A DNA stretch of 20,000 nucleotides from an uncultured virus (IMG/VR IMGVR_UViG_3300047322_000678) (Duplodnaviria > Heunggongvirae > Uroviricota > Caudoviricetes), in IMG/VR virus record IMGVR_UViG_3300047322_000678. The stretch is one strand, 5' to 3'. Positions 18,083-20,000 of this stretch are shown one piece after another. The notes beneath the pieces are model-generated. The model did no database searches. It worked only from the letters and a program-made list of their open reading frames with translations, and was not told where the DNA came from. The translations under genes and the position numbers were made by a program. Positions within the stretch are counted from its first letter, which is position 1. Each line of letters opens with the position of its first letter.

Positions 18083-20000
18083 ACCTGTCGAATGAATTGC
18101 ATCGGGATCAGTGGGAAATTTGCAACACTGCTAACACTCGACAAAGCCAGCGAGGACGTAGTTGCGCCCTGTGCGGAAACGCTGTGCGACCCCAGCCCGA
18201 TCAGCCAATTTGGTTGAGTGCTCGCTGTCGCGGCACCGGCAGAAGCGAACCCGAGCGGAACGAAATTGGAATTAATCTGTGACACTGCAACGAACGTATG
18301 CGCCCTATTTATGTTGCCTGTGATAGCGATTCCGCCGCCACTGGTAGTGGTGCTGGTCGAGCGGTTGAATGCCACCCAGTAATTACCTGGGGTGAGCAAG
18401 GTCGCAAATGGGATGTCGAGCCAGTGAATCCCAGTAAAGACCGTCATCACTCCGGTTGTGTGTAAGAAAATGGATGCACCGGCTGCGGTCGTGAGCATCG
18501 TCGTGCCAGAATTATCCGTGTTGTTTCCTTCCTTCGGATACGTGATCTGGTAAGCGATTGACTCGTTCGTTCCGGCATTGGAAATGCTGAACAGCACCGC
18601 CTCGGTAAAACAAGCCTGTGAACTGGCGAAGTACTGAAGCGACCGCGAATTCGCCGCAGCACCCTGAGAATAAAGCACGGCGTTGATCGACTGATAATAA
18701 TAGAACGAACTTGATCCAGCCGTCACGCCAACGGTCGTAGAGGTCAGGTTCGCGAACGAAACTGGAAGCCTGATATAAGAAACAGAGAGCGGGTACGGAA
18801 CCTCAAAGGGTTGCACGTTCAGGCTGTTGCTCTGCAAGCTGAACGAAGTCGTGCCTTGTATGATTCCCACGTTGTTCAGATACGACTGTACCGGATAGCC
18901 TGCCGTGATCGTCGAGGCGTTCAGACCAAAGGCGAAAGCGTTGGAATTACTGAACACGACGCTGTTCAGGTTACTGCTCGCCGCTCCAGCCGAGAAGTTG
19001 ACCACATTCAAGCTGCTGGCGATGGTCGCCGTGATCAGCCCTGCTGCTGTCCCGGTCCCCAGACCGAAGGAAATTCCGTTGGAATCAACAAACTTGAACT
19101 GCGAGGCCGAACTGCTCACCGTCCCGGCAGAAAGGTTCACGCTGCCGCTCGTGATCCATTTCGGATAGCCAATTGTCAATCCAGAACTATTCCCGGTCAT
19201 TGCAATGTCCGTACCTCCCGTAGTCGCTACCGATGTATTCAATCCAAGATTATTACTGCTGTCGTTAGTAGCGGCAGCGGTTGTAAGCCATTTTGGATAC
19301 GCCACGGTCAGACCCCCGGTATTCAGGGCCATTGTCAGGTCTGTTCCTCCGGTCGTTACTACCGATGTTGCAGTTCCGGCGCGGATCGATGTTGCGTCAT
19401 AAGTGGTAATCCATTTCGGATAACCGATTGTGACCCCGCTCGTATTGACCCCGAGAGTGATGTCCGTTCCAGCAGTTGTCGAAACAGCCGCATTCACCCC
19501 CGCTCGTGCCGAAGTCAGGTCATTGACATAGGTAGTAATCCACTTTGGATAACCAATCGTCACGCCGGAAGTGTTTACACCCAAAGTAATGTCGGTGCCT
19601 GCGGTTGTCGAAATAGCTGTGTTGATTCCGGCCCTGGCCGAAGTCAGATCGTTCACGTAGGTTGTGATCCATGCCGGATAACCGATAGTTACTCCGCTGG
19701 TATTGACTCCGAGGGTAATATCCGTACCGGCTGTGGTGGATACAGCCGTATTGATTCCAGCCCGCGCTGAGGTCAAATCGTTTACGTAAGTGGTAATCCA
19801 CTTCGGGTAGCCAATGGTAACTCCTGACGTGTTCACACCTAGAGTGATGTCCGTCCCAGCCGTAGTCGAAACTGCTGTGTTAATCCCGGCCCTTCCAGAA
19901 GTAAGATCATTGACGTAAGTCGTGATCCATTTTGGATACGCCAAGGTCAATCCAGTTGTGTTCAATGTCAGAACTGGATCTGTTCCGGCAGTTGTCAGAA
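18079..20000 (-). CDS. Repeat-containing tail fibre/spike-like protein, 5' end outside the window
   Basis: The frame stays open past 19965 to the edge (LTTAGTDPVLTLNTT). Very Thr/Ser/Gly-rich with tandem repeats and a beta-rich C-terminal domain (LLTPGNYWVAF). Confidence 0.7.
   Translation of the reverse strand, partial: LTTAGTDPVLTLNTTGLTLAYPKWITTYVNDLTSGRAGINTAVSTTAGTDITLGVNTSGVTIGYPKWITTYVNDLTSARAGINTAVSTTAGTDITLGVNTSGVTIGYPAWITTYVNDLTSARAGINTAISTTAGTDITLGVNTSGVTIGYPKWITTYVNDLTSARAGVNAAVSTTAGTDITLGVNTSGVTIGYPKWITTYDATSIRAGTATSVVTTGGTDLTMALNTGGLTVAYPKWLTTAAATNDSSNNLGLNTSVATTGGTDIAMTGNSSGLTIGYPKWITSGSVNLSAGTVSSSASQFKFVDSNGISFGLGTGTAAGLITATIASSLNVVNFSAGAASSNLNSVVFSNSNAFAFGLNASTITAGYPVQSYLNNVGIIQGTTSFSLQSNSLNVQPFEVPYPLSVSYIRLPVSFANLTSTTVGVTAGSSSFYYYQSINAVLYSQGAAANSRSLQYFASSQACFTEAVLFSISNAGTNESIAYQITYPKEGNNTDNSGTTMLTTAAGASIFLHTTGVMTVFTGIHWLDIPFATLLTPGNYWVAFNRSTSTTTSGGGIAITGNINRAHTFVAVSQINSNFVPLGFASAGAATASTQPNWLIGLGSHSVSAQGATTSSLALSSVSSVANFPLIPMQFIRQV
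19151..20000 (-). repeat. Intragenic tandem repeat, about 43 aa / 129 bp, at least 7 copies
   Basis: YP[KA]W[IL]T anchors at about 19922, 19793, 19664, 19535, 19406, 19283 and 19151, giving spacings of 129, 129, 129, 129, 123 and 132. Confidence 0.92.

Noticed and set aside
18811..19770. 319-aa plus-strand ORF
   Set aside because: Antisense shadow of the repetitive fibre gene, Arg/Cys/Ser-rich with no motif.
19151..20000. CRISPR array or DGR template/variable repeats
   Set aside because: The repeats are in-frame coding units with no spacers. Differences are synonymous rather than adenine-specific, and no reverse transcriptase is present in the window.
1..20000. Stop-codon reassignment (no called gene ends in TAG)
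   Set aside because: Genes tile fully under the standard code with no TAG-broken frames. The absence of TAG among about 15 stops is unremarkable.

Overview
This window is a tailed-phage (podovirus-like) virion morphogenesis region. All but one of the genes I call lie on the minus strand and are tightly coupled by ATGA/TAATG overlaps or 1-4 nt gaps. Order in transcription direction: Thr/Ser/Gly-rich repeat tail fibre (runs off the right edge), GT-A glycosyltransferase, SAM methyltransferase, tail tubular/stabilization-like protein, an inverted LAGLIDADG endonuclease, tail-collar-like protein, adaptor-like protein, HNH endonuclease, small ejection-like protein, second GT-A-like protein, 76-aa ORF, DDxxD prenyltransferase-like protein, coiled-coil protein, 1960-aa multidomain internal virion protein, small Cys-rich ORF, and a probable portal gene that the ORF track missed because it runs off the left edge. 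Main points of interest: a candidate virion-modification enzyme set (2 GTs, a methyltransferase and a prenyltransferase-fold protein) among structural genes; a HicB-like domain inside the giant protein; two unrelated endonuclease inserts each bounded by an exact 7-bp direct repeat; and a stop-free antisense frame that spans the inverted insert. All calls come from motif reading by eye, with no database searches, and the host cannot be assigned.
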